Positions 26,615-42,909 of a DNA stretch of 64,000 nucleotides are shown here, piece after piece. Under the pieces are notes generated by a model. The model was not told the DNA's origin and searched no databases. It saw only the letters and a list, made by a program, of their open reading frames with translations. Made by a program: the position numbers and the translations under genes. The stretch comes from Octopus sinensis (lineage: Eukaryota): NCBI RefSeq assembly GCF_006345805.1, contig NC_042999.1:166718001-166782000 (forward strand), read 5' to 3'. Position 1 is the first letter of the stretch. Each line of letters opens with the position of its first letter.

Positions 26615-28570
26615 CTATGATGTAATCCTGTTCACATCTGGTTTTGGATCCCTGTAAGGATTTTGGTACTTTGTAAGGATTTTACGGATCTTTCCATCCA
26701 TATTCTGCATCTTAGTTAGACCCCACTTAATGATACCGAAGCTATATGTGGTTACTGGTATAGTCAAAGGAATGATTGCATTAATTCTGTTAACAGCATT
26801 TAATTCTGAGTTTAGGACTATTCTTACCCTTCGGTAGCATTCCTTACGGATTTTCTTTTTCATTTTAGAGGAGTGCAGGATACCATCACTTTCATTGGTT
26901 CCCAGATATTTGTATACTTCGGATTGGTCTTGGTTTCGAATGACGGTGGTAGTATCAAGTTCTATGTTTTCTGGCTTTATGAACTTCCCTGCTTTGAAAG
27001 TAGCCTTTGCACACTTATCAAGTCCGAATTCCATACTTATATCAGAGCTGAATTATTTGAAAATATTCAGGAGTTCTTCTAAAGCTTTGTCGTTTTTGGC
27101 AGACAGTTTTAGATCATCCATATAGAGTAGGTGATTAATTTTCTGGTCAAAGACCTTACACCCTTTCTTAGCATTATTCAGTTGCGTGGATAATGGGAAC
27201 AGAGCGAGGTAAAATAGTAATGGTGTTAATGAATCACCTTGAAAGATACGACAGGCGATATTGATGTGAGGTGGTCTATCCTTGTGCATGGTTTAAAATG
27301 AAGGTGGTTCTCCACGAACTCCTGATTACTTTTACAAGTTTACAATTGTTGGCGCTATCTTGTAAATTTCCAGGGCCTTGATGATCCATGTATGGGGGAC
27401 ACTGTCAAAAGCCGTCTTGAAATCTATCAAAACGGTGCCAAGGTTTCTTCGTTTGGATTTGCAATTTTCAGTGACCATTTTATCAATCAATAATTGGTCC
27501 TTACATCTATATGAACTCCTTTTGCATCCCTTTTGTTCCACTGGGAATAACTTGCTGTTGTCCAAGAATTCATACGCTATTATAGATATTAACAGTTCAT
27601 ATATGGTGGTGAGGCATGTTATGGGTCGGTATTTTTGGGGGTTAGTAGTTTTTTCTGTTTTTGATAAGAGATATGTAATCCTTTCGGTAAGCCACTTTGG
27701 ATATGACTTAAGCTGTGGTGAGCGCTTATTAAAGAGTTTAGTTAAAAATTTGGAATCTTATCTATACCTGGGGATTTCCCTTTCTTTGACATGGCGAGCG
27801 CCGCTTTCACTTCTTCAGTTGTTATATCCTGCCATTCTTGATATTTGAGGTGGGAATTGGCTTCTTCTATGTCCCTGGCCCAATGTACGTTCTGATTAAA
27901 CTCCTTTGGATTACTCCAAATATTTTTCGAAAAATCTTCAGCTTGCTACTGGGGAGGAGGTGCTTTCACAATAATGGTATTTTCCCCCAGTTCCCCGTAG
28001 ATTTTTTTGTGTTCTTGAATAGTATGTTTTGTCTATGGAATGTTGAGCGTTTTTTGTCTTGCTAGTCGTTTGGTTTTTAATTGTAGTTTTTGATTGAGGA
28101 TTTCAATCTGTGTATCCTTTGTTTTCTTGTAAAGGTCATGTTTAGCAATTATTCTTATTAGTTTGTTGGGTTTATTTGTTTTCCCTTTGCTTGCTTCAAG
28201 TACAAAAGATATATTGGCTTTAGTTCGATTATTTGCCGGTCTATCTCTAATTTTAATACCGCATTTCTGAGTCGCAACACAAGCAGCTGAGTAAATGAGT
28301 TGATCAACCACTTTTCAGGGCATATTCTCTACTATTCTCAAGGAGTTGTCGTATCAGCTTTCCAAGGACTTGATCAACTCATTTGATTTCTTGTCTGCTC
28401 TTGTTCGTGTTAATAATTTTGGGAAGAGGAGCTCTTTCGTGGAAAGGTTGATGTAATTGTAATAGATATTGTTCTAGTATTCCACCTAACAGTTCATTGC
28501 TGACGTAATCATTTATAGTGGACCACCTTCATAGGGTTCTGTGTACCTAGCTTGCTGGTTTGAGTTAGTA
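26615..28570 (-). mobile_element. Decayed R4/Dong-like LINE (RT domain)
   Basis: [72 protein letters not shown]. Confidence 0.9.
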
Positions 28571-28574
28571 ATTT

Positions 28575-30484
28575 CAGGGCTTGTCGTGGGCGGTCTTGTT
28601 GGAGAGGCGCAAACATGCGCCATCCCTGACAGGACGATACACAACAACCTTTCACCTCATACGCTACGCTTTAGAGAGGGCGGGTAAAATTCCTGGTGAA
28701 GGTAGGGCACTGGTAAATTTAGACCATTCAAAAGTATTCGATAGAGTTGACCATTGGTATCTGGCGGCGGTCCTCCAAACGATCGGACTGGGCCCGACTT
28801 TCCATGGCTGGATCAACGATATGTATAGAGATATCGAATCCATCGTCCGGGTGAACGGTTTTTTTCGAAATCGTTCGTTATCGAGCGTTCAGTTCGCCAG
28901 GGTTGCTCCCTGTCCCCGCTTTTGTATGTTCTGGCTCTTGAGGCACTACTACGAAGGTTGGAGGCGTCGGCGAGTAATCCGCGTCATCTATGCTACGGGA
29001 GAGGAACAACTGTGTATGTGGATGATGTCACTATCATTGTGTCTGATAAAGGGCAGCTACCTTGTGTAGAAAACGCCATCAAAGGATACAGAGTGGTAGG
29101 AGCAAAAATTAACCAGAACAACTCACTCGGCTTGCAACTCGGCACCTGGAGGGTCAAGCCGATGCTATCCAATAACGTCGTTACTTTGGGTCTGGTTTGG
29201 ACCAGATCACCAGATAGAGAAAAACTGGAGCGAGGTCACAAGCAAGGTGACTGTCCTAACACAGACCTGGTCTGGAAGGGCATTATCTTTGCTAGGTAAA
29301 ACGGAGGTTGTACAGGTGTTTATAGCATCTGTGATAACCTACCAGCTGACCGTTGTGCCTTGCCCTAGGTTGTGGCCGAACAAGTTGGAACGGCTCCCCT
29401 GCTGCTTTTTGTGGAGGGGGAGACTACTTGTGAGGCGTTCTATCTGCTGTCAAAAGCCGTTAAAGGGTGGGCTAGGGATGCCTTGACTGATGATGCGCAA
29501 GTTCTCGCTGAGTTTGATGCACCTCTGGCTCTATCTGGATGGTGAGCAGGTGTGTTCACTGCACGTAAAGTTCTTTGTCCTGCAATTAACGTCCCTGCGG
29601 GTTTTAAGCACACGGATCAGGCGTAGACCTAGAATTGGTGATTGGCAGTTAGAGTGCAGACAAGCACTCACACTGCTCTCCCGGGCGGGTAATACTGGCA
29701 ACTGGGGTGCCACCGCGGATTTCTATAGGCTTCGATAGAAATCAGTTGATCAACCTGTTCGGAAGGACTTCGGGTTGGGGTAGCTGGATAATTACCAGAA
29801 ATCCCTGACTTGGTTGTGCTACCGATCGGTTTTATCTGTTCGAAAGAGGCTGTCAAGACACAGTTTTGGCACACCTGCAACATGCCCGAGGTGCGAGCCT
29901 GCGTGCAGTGTGAGGAAATAAAGGGGCTGATAGCCTATGTCGGTCAGCTGATGCCAACTAGAGACATACGACTATTGGCAGAATCTATCATAAAAATTGT
30001 ACCGCCCCTCCTTTAAGAAGGAAATGTAGGCGAGTTTTTCTGTGTAGTGGCCATACTGAAAGAGACAGTATTGAAGACGCGTGAAAAGGGAATTGCGACA
30101 GATACCTTCATCTCTGGACGTGGGCTGGTAAGTTACTTTAACTACCACCTGTATAGTAAGATCCGTCTAGAGAGAAGGCGCCTGTCACAAAGTATATTTG
30201 CGAAAATATGGATTTCTGTAGTAAGAATGCTACCGGTAATTGGGAGCGGGCTAGTATAGCCAGTCGAGAGAAAAACCGGCGGATCAATTAGACCCTATAT
30301 TGTGAATAGGGTTAATTTCCTAATAGGAAATCATAAATTTTAAAACTTTCATCATCATTCATTTCTTCGACTTTCGATTTCTCATCCGATTTCATTGTTA
30401 AAGTTAACGAACTCCTCTCATTTTATGTTTTGTACGTCTTGTATTGTTCCCTCTCTGTAGCCCCTAGTGGGCAAATAAAGAAAA
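28575..30484 (+). mobile_element. Decayed 5'-truncated Tx1/L1-clade LINE
   Basis: ALVNLDHSKVFDRVDHWYL, VRQGCSLSPLLYVLALEALL, YVDDVT, SGAKIN-like GAKINQNNS, GGLGMP; 3' end ..gtgggcaaataaagaaa. Confidence 0.88.
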
Positions 30485-30715
30485 TGTTCGGAGTCGAGTG
30501 AAGTTCGTGTTAGTTCGCAGTGAAGTCGGAAGGAGTCGGTTAATTCACAAGGAATATTGATTGTTAGTTCGTAAAGAGACTTCTTAGTTCGTTACATTGT
30601 TTTTACTGCTGTCTGGTTATCTTATTTATTGTACATAACAAATACGTTACAACTGCTACCAAGAAATTTCCCCAGTAACTGTTGCAGTCAAAACAATTCC
30701 TTTACTTTTATAATG

Positions 30716-30762
<47 letters not shown>

Positions 30763-30778
30763 TATATATTATATATAT

Positions 30779-30826
<48 letters not shown>

Positions 30827-30827
30827 A

Positions 30828-31509
30828 TAAGGGAATACAAAACGTGGGACAAGAACGCAAAACATCCAGACAGTTAGATGATGCAAAAAAAGGGACAACA
30901 AAACATCCCGACAGACGATACAAAAAAAAAGACAGGTCATTCAGTCGAGTTCCAGATTATCTTTGCAATTTCGGCTGGTTATACTCAAGATTGCTCCAAT
31001 CTGGCCAGCCTCAAGGAAAAACTAAGCTAAGAGCATTAGATTCCTTGGAAGAAAGCAACAAATGTATACGAAAACAGGGACGAAAAAACGGAGAATGTTA
31101 CACAAATACAAATGCAAATAACAGAACATAACAATAGGAGTCTTTCGACTAAGGACGAATTAAATTCAGCTGGCGTGTGTGGAAGTGAAGCCTTACGGCA
31201 GGGACATAAGAGATGACAGCATAGGGAGGAATATAGATGTTGCACCGATGGTAGTCGAACCAAGAAAGAAGCTTGGCCGAACACCGGTCACGTGGAGAGA
31301 GAAGAGAGAGAGGTAGAGGCAGAGGGATAGAAGAATTAGGGAGGGACGAGAAAAAAGGGACAGAGTAAAGTGAAAGAGGAAGGAAGGTGAGGATGAATAG
31401 AAAGCCAGGAAATGTGAGAGAGGGGGAACGAAAGAAAGAAGAGTAGAGAGAACGAAGTAAGTTTGAAGGGAAAGAAGAAAAGAACGAAAGGATAATAGAG
31501 TCGTACAAA

Positions 31510-31573
<64 letters not shown>

Positions 31574-31765
31574 TTACATATAAGAGACCAAAGTGTACGT
31601 ACGCCACTATATTTATATCAAAGGGAATACAAAAAATGGGACAAGGATGCAAAACATTCAGACAGACGATAAAAAAACAAAAAATAAAAACAAGGACGGG
31701 TCATTCGGTGTTTTCTTTTTTCAGTCGAGTTCTAGACTATCTTTGCAATTTCGGCTGGTTATATA
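30828..31765 (-). mobile_element. Element with direct terminal repeats (30828-30985 and 31620-31765) in (TA)n, probably tandem PLE pLTRs
   Basis: aagggaatacaaaa..tgggacaag..cagtcgagttc..ctttgcaatttcggctggttata occurs twice; 31333-31665 recurs at 38238-38565; strand inferred. Confidence 0.5.
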
Positions 31766-31766
31766 C

Positions 31767-31810
<44 letters not shown>

Positions 31811-31819
31811 CTTTCTATA

Positions 31820-32049
31820 TAACTCTCCTCACAAAGCAATTTCAGGCGCAAGGCCTGAAATTGCTTTGTGTGGAGAGTTAATCAATTACATCGACCCCAG
31901 TGCTTCACTGGTACTTATTTTATCGACTCCGAAAGAATGGAAGGCAATGTCGACCTCGGCGGAATTTGAACTCAGAACGTAAAGATGGACGAAATACCTC
32001 TAAGCATTTTGTTCAGCGTGCTAACGATTCTACCAGTTCACCACCTTTA
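31820..32049 (-). mobile_element. tRNA-derived SINE (ggcggcgagc-head family)
   Basis: Reverse-complement homology to 43490-43660. Confidence 0.75.
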
Positions 32050-33041
32050 TAATGATGATACAAACATGAATGTTTATGTCTTAAAGAAGGAGCAAATGGC
32101 TTTGGGTAGTCTTCAGTCCCATTTCCTTTTTATATGTCTTATCTTTCAGGTAATATAGTACAGTAATATCCTACTCAAGGTCATGTAGTGCTTGTTGTTG
32201 GTGAAATACTACCAATATAGAGGTGATACTAGTTAACATTGATTCGAAGTATAGAGAGATGTAATGCTTTCTTGCTTTCAGGTCTGAAAAACGCACAAAA
32301 ATGGCGGTAAAACGCCTCACAATATCATAGTTCTTTAGAATGTAGCGTAAGCACCAGTAACGAGAGATTTGAACTGGCAAACTCCTTGTTCGACAAGTAG
32401 GTCGGAATTCTATTGACTCAACAAGCTATTACTTTCTAGAATGTTCATGGGAAAGGTAATGCAAAAAAATATAGAAGAGAATAAAACTGGTGTCAGTCTC
32501 CATTCAAAATTTCTTCAATAGAATTCATTGTGTCAAATCCTAAATTATTTTGAATATCAGGTTTTTCCCTACACAAACATGCATCATTACAATATGTATA
32601 TATATCTTTATATATGCATAAAAATAACTAAATCCGGTTGTTTTATTTAGCTCCTAAATAATCAAAACTACTCTAAATACACTAATTACTAAACTACATT
32701 AGTCAACATTTGAAACCTGCTTGTCAGCTATGATCAGCTTCTCGAAAGACGCGTTGGCGTTATTGCAGCCGTTGTGCAGACAAAATTTGGTGACGTCTTT
32801 ATATGTAGGACATGTCACATATATGTAAAGAATTAATTATGATAATGAACAGCTTTCCACCGTCCATTATAATAATTATAAACACATACCCACGCACGCA
32901 CGCAGACACACGCACACACATACACAAACTTACACACACACACACACACACACATGTACATATGTATATATGATTATATATGTATGTATATATTTTTTTT
33001 ACTTGTTTCAGTCACACACGTATACATCCATACATATGTGT

Positions 33042-33106
<65 letters not shown>

Positions 33107-33280
33107 ATAAATATTAGGGAATAAATCCAAATTTACAGGGAAAAAATCAGATTTAGGATTAAATCGATTTTATAGTAAAATATTATAAAATATTATTCGA
33201 GACAAAACCACTATTTTGCAAAACAAACAAGGAAAGACTTAATCAAAAAATAAAATTTTAATAAATAGTCAAAAAAACCG

Positions 33281-33323
33281 CCACTACAATCGTTTCTTGT
33301 CTTGATCGACAATCTTCAGGTGG
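33281..33323 (-). ncRNA. Minimal type I hammerhead ribozyme (mirror copy)
   Basis: Exact reverse complement of 33375-33417. Confidence 0.8.
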
Positions 33324-33374
33324 ACTTCCAATAATTCAGTGTCAAATTATGAATGACACTGAATTATTGGAAGT

Positions 33375-33417
33375 CCACCTGAAGATTGTCGATCAAGACA
33401 AGAAACGATTGTAGTGG
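33375..33417 (+). ncRNA. Minimal type I hammerhead ribozyme
   Basis: ccac CTGAAGA ttgtc gatcaa gacaa GAAA cgattg TA gtgg; complete core, stems I and II perfect. Confidence 0.8.
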
Positions 33418-33504
33418 CGGTTTTTTTGACTATTTATTAAAATTTTATGTATTGATTAAGTCTTTCCTTGTTTGTTTTGCAAAATAGTGGTTTTGTCTCG
33501 AATA

Positions 33505-33541
<37 letters not shown>

Positions 33542-33687
33542 TCACACAAAATGTATATATATATCCATGTATGTATATTATATATATATATATATATTAT
33601 ATATATATATATATCTATATATATATATATCTATATATATATATATCTATATATATATATATATATATATATATCTATCTATCTATA

Positions 33688-34155
33688 ACAACGTGTATAA
33701 ATACAAACAAACTAACGTTTGTTTTATAAACGTTAAAATGTGTATTGAAGGATACAAATTAGATGATTTTTTTCGAATGCAGATTTACCGCTGGGTAAAT
33801 TCCTCTTACAAAGCAGAACAATTCAACAACTAGCCATCGGACTCCAACCCATATCCCTCAAAAACTCAGGTTGAGTGTACATTTAGCTATCTAGCGTCTA
33901 AAGACGCAGATGAGCTTGTCAGCGGACAGTTTAGCTTAATAGTAAAGCACTCAGCCGGGGTCATTGATGGATATGGATTCGAATCCAATGGCTGGTTGTT
34001 GACGAATTTTTTTGTTTTGTAAGGGTAATTTACCCAGTATTTCCGATGTTCTAACAGCAGTTCTGCGTTCGAAAAAATATAATCTAATTTGTATTCTTCA
34101 ATACACATTTCGACGCTTTTAAAAACGTTAGTTTGTTTATATTTATACACATTGT
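33688..34155. mobile_element. Old diverged inverted-repeat element in (TA)n with tRNA-like arms
   Basis: Left gtgtataaatacaaacaaactaacg..caaattagat mirrors right atctaatttg..cgttagtttgtttatatttatacac; right arm has A-box-like tagcttaatagtaaagca and B-box-like ggattcgaatcc. Confidence 0.65.
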
Positions 34156-34159
34156 TTTA

Positions 34160-34246
<87 letters not shown>

Positions 34247-35269
34247 TTTTGAACAATGTCATTTATCACAGAATTCATAGTGTCCCCCACCTTACATAAT
34301 GCCAAATCAATATATTTTTCTACTGCCGAAATGGAATCTGTTAGAAATTTCTGGTTCGAATGTTCATCGCTTCTTCGATTGTTCAATGCTGGAACGCCTT
34401 TGTTTACAGACCTGCTTGATCAGCGCTGACATGAGGTTAAACAATCCATCAACCAATGCGATCATCAAAACACCATAAGTACCAAAACCACCTAATTTTC
34501 CTCCTTTTTCTCCCCCTGTCTGCCCTCTTTTTTCTCTCCTCCTCCTCCTCCTCCTCTTTGCTTAACTTATCCATTTAACGTACATCCAGGTGAACATGAG
34601 TCAGAGCTCTTTTTGCAGATTTTTGCAGCTCTATATATCGGCCCAATTTTATATGAGAATATATGACTTCCAAGCTTTATATATCTTCTAATGGCGCCAT
34701 CAAACAAAGCAGCTGTTTCTCTTCTTCTTATTAAACAAAACAAGATAACAACTTCAGATTGTCAAGATGACGGTGTAAATAGTTGGCAACGTAAATTAGC
34801 GCATGTGTTTGTTTGAGCATTTGTCTGTGGTGTACGCCAGGTCACACGAGTTCATATTTTGCTACAACTATGACTTCAACTGTTGATGTATGCTCTTCCC
34901 TGCAGTCCAGGTAATATCATACCTTTCTTTAATCGGGTAATGACACATACTTAAAGGTTGTTTTTATTTACTATCATAGTTTTTACATACGCGTTCTTGA
35001 AAAACTTTTCGTAATGTGGAATACTGTAACGTGAAATTAATTTTTCCATTGATTTTCGTGTCATGAAGCGATAATGCGTTTCGATGCACTTCTGAAAAAT
35101 GAAAACAAACAACACAATTACATATGCATGAAAATAAGTTTTAAACATCCCCAATACAATATGTATATGTATATAACAACATTTGAAGAGTAATACGTTA
35201 GGGAATTAGCAAGAATCGTGATATCGATTTAGGGTACTACAAAAGGTGTTGACTACAGAGAGGAGAGGT

Positions 35270-37200
<1,931 letters not shown>

Positions 37201-37740
37201 TGCTGATTCTTTATACAGACACACACACCATTGTGTTGACATGCACCATATGTAGCTACAGGCATTACTATCATGCTCATACTATTATTTTTGTTGCCAG
37301 TTGGTTACTTAAAAGTTGCCTGGCTGGTTGCTAGTGGTGGTGGTGGTTGTATTGGCTTTCGTGTTGGTAATGATAGAGATAATGGTGGTGAAGGCAGTGG
37401 CCTTATTGTTGTTGGAGGCGGTGGTCATATGTTCATGTTAATATTATGCTTGACATCTGGTCTGAGGTCAATCCTTTTGTCCTAAGATCAAGGACATTTC
37501 ATGCAACATTATCACGTGATTGTTTTTTAAATTTTAAATGGAGTTGCGCCTGTTGTTTACACGAGTATTGCTGCTGCTGTTGTTGATCATTAAAGAGTTG
37601 GCGCTGGTTGTATTGGTTTCGCTGTTGAAACATATACACAGGCTAATCGTAGCCCAAATACACACACACGCGCACACACATGCACACACTTAAACACATC
37701 ACACATATTGAGTGCGTATGTGAGTATGTGTGTGTATATA

Positions 37741-37880
37741 TATTCTTTTATTTGTTTCAGTCATTTGACTGCGGCCATGCTACAGCACCGCCTTTAGTCG
37801 AGCAAATCGACCCCAGAACTTATTCTTTGTAAGCCTAGTACTTATTCTATCGGTCTCTTTTGCCGAACCGCTAAGTTATA
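37741..37880 (-). mobile_element. SINE 3' fragment
   Basis: Reverse complement of the 50610-50745 tail. Confidence 0.75.
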
Positions 37881-38237
37881 TTAAATTTATTGTGAAATGG
37901 CTTCTTCCAAAAAACAAATGTGGCATGCGTCAGTATGTATGCGTGCTATATCACCAATTATTATTTTCATATTAAATTCTGATATAATCGGAATCTACAC
38001 ACACTGAAAGCTATTTGTCGAAATTGTCATTAAAAAATACCCATTTTTCCGATATACAGTAACCTGATGAAACTACATATAAATTAAAACTTGCTTTATA
38101 TAAAGTAAGATTCGGATTGATCTCACAAGTAAGTAATACATGTCTAATATATTAATGATCATACTTTACAATTTCCGTAAAAGTGAAATTCCGTAACCTG
38201 AATAGCCAAAACAACATTTGCAGGTAGTAGGGTTAGA

Positions 38238-38416
38238 AGAATTAGGGAGGGACGAGAAAAAACGGGACAGAGTAAAGTGAAAGAGGAAGGAAGGTGAGGA
38301 TGAATAGAAAGCCAGGAAATGTGAGAGAGGGGGAACGAAAGAAAGAAGAGTAGAGAGAACGAAGTAAGTTTGGAGGGAAAGAAGGAAAGAACGAAAGGAT
38401 AATAGAGTCGTACAAA

Positions 38417-38472
<56 letters not shown>

Positions 38473-38565
38473 TTACATATAAGAGACCAAAGTGTACGTA
38501 CGCCACTATATTTATATCAAAGGGAATACAAAAAATGGGACAAGGACGCAAAACATTCAGACAGA
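38238..38565. repeat. Second copy of 31333-31665, including its internal (TA)n
   Basis: Near-identical sequence on both sides of the (TA)n tract. Confidence 0.85.
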
Positions 38566-39243
38566 TGGAGTAAAGTTGTGTTTTTTTTAGGATGCTGTTA
38601 TATCAGTGTTTTGGGCATTGTTCATCTCCTCTTGGGTTACCTGCAGAACCTGTGGGCGTTCCTAAATAGAAGTGACAATGGCAAGAGAGTGAACTTTCCA
38701 AACAGCCACACTGTACATCGTCATGACTCATCACTTCAAGATGGCGTTTGCAATATGGAAGATGGATCGGGGGCGAGGGCATCTACTCGATCTTGGCTAA
38801 CCAGGGGCTACACAATAGCATCAAGCAAGCTAACAAGGGAACTTTTATCGGATTGCTCTACTTACTAGAAAAAGCGGGCACATGTACCTCAAATAACAAT
38901 CCACCGTCCAAAAGGAGACAACATTTATCAATACAGGCCTAGATAAAGCTAACAACGAGATGATCACGAGAGCAAAAACTTTTAATCAAAGGCCGCCCGC
39001 TCGACTTGAAGGGATATGAACCTAAGCAGGAATTGCAACACCGCAAGCGTCAAGGCCATCGCCACACCATAACTATCAAAACAACTCCTATTATTACTGT
39101 TATCCTCCTCCTCCTCCTTAATTCATACACTGCAAATGATCACGATATCCAAGGTAATAAGACTTTCTTAAGATTTAAAGGCTGATAAATAAAACAAGAT
39201 GCTTTCATTCATAACGTTGCTACCAAGCGGTGGAAGGTCAAAA

Positions 39244-39635
39244 TCTTTATATAGAAAAGTGAGGTTGTGTGTCTGTCTCCTACGATTTAGATTCCTAACT
39301 ACTCCCACATTTTGCGGGGCAGTTTAACCAAAACCGGGTATCTTATAGTCGTGATTCATATCGAGCCCTTCTGGGTATTAGCGCGCGTCTACGATGAGTC
39401 TACGATTTAAAAAAAAATTACCATCAATTTTTCCCATTTTAATGCATTTTCGGCATATATAAGGGAAGTAACTCTCTAAGAGTTTATTATTAAATCTCAG
39501 AACGTAAAAAGCTACAGTAACCCCCCCCCCTTTGTGGTTAACCATATTGAGATGGCTATTATACTTTACATCTCTAAAAATGCCTATATAGTTATTTCCC
39601 TTACAAACCCGAGCAACGCCGGGCGATACTGCTAG
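39244..39635 (+). mobile_element. Non-autonomous Helitron-like element (family B)
   Basis: 5' TC, body homologous to 24760-24945, 3' hairpin and CTAG|T. Confidence 0.75.
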
Positions 39636-39666
39636 TTAACTCTAAATTGTAAAAAGAAAACGAAAA

Positions 39667-39959
39667 CATGCATACACGTATGCATGCATGCATACATACA
39701 TATACGCATACATAAATACATACATACATATATGCATGCATGCATACATGCATACATACATACATACATACATACATACATACATACATGCATGCATACG
39801 TACATGCATGCACACATACATGCATGCACACATACATGCATGCACACATACATGCATGCACACATACATGCATACACACATACATGCATGCATACGTACA
39901 TGCATGCATACATACATGTATGCTTGAATACATACGTACATACATACATGCATACATAT
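39667..39959. repeat. Degenerate (CATA/CATG)n microsatellite
   Basis: Directly visible. Confidence 0.95.
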
Positions 39960-41236
39960 GGAGTTAGAAATATTCATGAGTTTACAAACGGGAGAAAAAA
40001 TTCGATACATTAAAGTTTTTGAAGCCGAAAAACCTGAACAGAGGGCAATCACTGAAGTAAAGTTTTGGATTACCGCTCGTCAAAGTGGGAAAAATATATT
40101 TAAGTCGAGTGTTATGCCATCAAGCTCAAACATTCTAGAATATTAGTTATGGTCACACTGTAACAGCACACGTTTGAAATCCTGCATATATGGTTGGATG
40201 ATGAAAAAGACGGAACTGTAGAAATATTTAGGTCATATTTAATTAGGTGTTATTAAAAATATGAATGGCTTGTATACTGATGCATATACATAAATGCGTA
40301 CTGTGTACACGCATACACATATTGGCCCGCATACTCACTCAGGTATATAACGATGTAACCTTTAGTGATAATACCTGGCAACTTCAAATTCTATGCTCAG
40401 AATATGTCAGACACTCATCTGTTAACAGACCCAAACAGTTTTTAACTATCTTCAACGTATAATGACTGTGAGTACATTCTCCGGTTTTGAATTTTGGGTA
40501 AAAGGATTTGTCAACGGCATAAATCGTTTCAAATAAATATTGTTAGGTGTGGATTATTTCACCTAGAAATAGCGGCGACCAAAGATTAAAAATACGCAAA
40601 AGGTGAAAGACTTTAAAATATATGACTAAGATAGCGAGGCAGTAAAAAAAAAAATCTGTTTTGAAATGAGAAAAGGAAATTGAAAATTGTAGGGATCAAA
40701 TTATAAAATGTAGCGGGATCACGAATGCCGGTTATTGGGTTAAAACTGAAGATCATAAACTATGATTATTCCAAGTTAATAGCCAAGTATTGGTCTATTC
40801 TTCTATATAGAAATAAACATGATAAGACAGAGCTCTGAAAATGTCAAAAAATGAACTGCTGCATAGTATAGAGAATCAGGAGTGTCTATTGGTTCTCAGA
40901 AGCGAGAAGGACTTTTGTCAGTAAAGATTCAAGTACTGAGCCATTAACGCAGGTCGTGTATGTTAAGTACTGAATTATTCACACAACTTAGGCCGTGTTA
41001 TGACCTTCCAGTGTATTTAAAGGTACTAGTCAAAGCATTGGCATTTAGTGAATATCTCTCACTTGATATAAATGTTTTTGCACAACCCGACACCTTTTGT
41101 TCAATTTCTGTGTGGTCTGTAGCTCTGGAGTATCTTCTACTTTCCGTTGAAATCACCAACGACAAACCGGATCAAATCACGTGTAGGTATTGTGGGAGAT
41201 AAATAGAAATAAAGATACTTCAATTATACTTCTTTT

Positions 41237-41535
41237 AAAGGCGGAGAGCTGGCAGAAACGTAAGCACTTCGGGCGAAATGCTTAGCGGTATTTCGTCTGC
41301 CGCTACGTTCTGAGTTCAAATTCCACCGAGGTCGATTAAATAAGTACCAGTTACGCACTGGGGTCGATATAATCGACTTAATCCGTTTGTCTGTCCTTGT
41401 CCGTCCCCTCTGTGTTTAGCCCCTTGTGGGCAATAAAGAAATAGGTATTTCGTCTGCCGCTGTTCTGAGTTCAAATTCCGTCGAGGTTGACTTTGCCTTT
41501 CATCCTTTCGGGGTCGATAAATTAAGTACCAGTTG
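41237..41535 (+). mobile_element. tRNA-derived SINE with Tx1-like tail, followed by a partial second unit
   Basis: Head aaaggcggagagctggcagaaacg..gagttcaaattcc (B-box-like); tail ..gggcaataaagaaa; body restarts at about 41444. Confidence 0.8.
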
Positions 41536-42813
41536 CCGTCTGTAGCACGTGCTGATTACACACGTACACACCTTCAAGTTCCTTTTCTTCAATAAAGTTC
41601 ATGAAATATTGTAGTGTCTTGCCCATTAAGCACGTGAAGTTGACAAATTTAAAGACAGATTTCATAACATGTCCATACGTGAAATGTGTAGCTGACACGT
41701 GATGACAATAAAATAATACAAGGCACGAGAAGGACAAAATAAAATAAAAAATACGGAAATAGAGAGCAAAACTACTTAATCTAAACTCTTTTGCGATTCA
41801 TTTTGGTTTTTCTTAGAAATGTTTTAAAACTTATTTCAATATATTTTTGTTTCAATATTTCTTGGAAATGTTTAACAGGTAAAACTATCCTATAGGTTAC
41901 TAAGTTACCTACAGGATAGTCACCTATTGAATTGTCACTGTGACTGCTTGTTTACCATTTGACGACTCAGCTCCGATTGAGTAAGATTTTAATCAACGGT
42001 ATTCCAGCCGTGACCCTCTTGTCTTTTTCGTATGTGCAAGGAAGCTTGGACAACATTATTCAACGTATTCATTTCTAAGATGGCAGGGTGTGATTTGAGA
42101 GAGATTTAACTGTTATTTCTAGTAGGTCAGGTGACCACATGGAAGCTCTCTCGTTGGCTCGTACAGGCTCTATGGCTTGCTGTGGTTGACAAACTGAAAC
42201 GAAAATATTAAAAGCGGAATTGCTTTGGTGAAAGGTGAAACTGTTGTATGTGATACGTAATAATTAGTGTTACGTGTAAATTTACTATTTCAATCCTTTT
42301 TACCAGGTATAACTCAACAAAACATACCGAACAAACACTACTTTACTTTCAGTGTCATATGTTACTCTGCATTCTTGTACATGACGTGAATAATGTCACG
42401 CATACAATAATTAACGCTACCCAAACCACTCAGTCGGTACAACCTAATCACTTAGTGCACTCCCTATAACCTTATACCTCTATTCACCTGAAATTTCTTT
42501 AATTCCTTTCCTTACAATCATTTATTTTCCCAGTACTAGAAAACAGAGCCTCACTCAGACCTAACGTAAAAATTTTGAATTAACGTATAATTTAAATCAG
42601 TGGCGACTCAGTTCAAACCAAATGAACCACTATAAAGCCTGGAATTTTCCTTATTCATCTTTTACATTGAATATGAAAATGTGATGAAAAAAGGAGTTCA
42701 GTATATTTTTTAAAAAATCGCATCGTGCATTAAATAGCAAAGAGCCGTCTGTAGCTCGTGCTGATTACACACACACACACACACATCATGTTTATGTATG
42801 TATGTGTATATAT

Positions 42814-42893
<80 letters not shown>

Positions 42894-42909
42894 CTTATAT
42901 ATATATACA

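Larger units (their letters stand above)
33110..33514. mobile_element. Palindromic hammerhead-bearing insert (arms 33184-33344 and 33354-33514; left tail 33110-33183) in (TA)n
   Basis: 161-bp arms with about 2 mismatches, 9-bp spacer; one HHR per arm. Confidence 0.9.

Noticed and set aside
38064-38120. ctgatga followed by an AT-rich hairpin
   Set aside because: No GAAA/UH core or closing stems found
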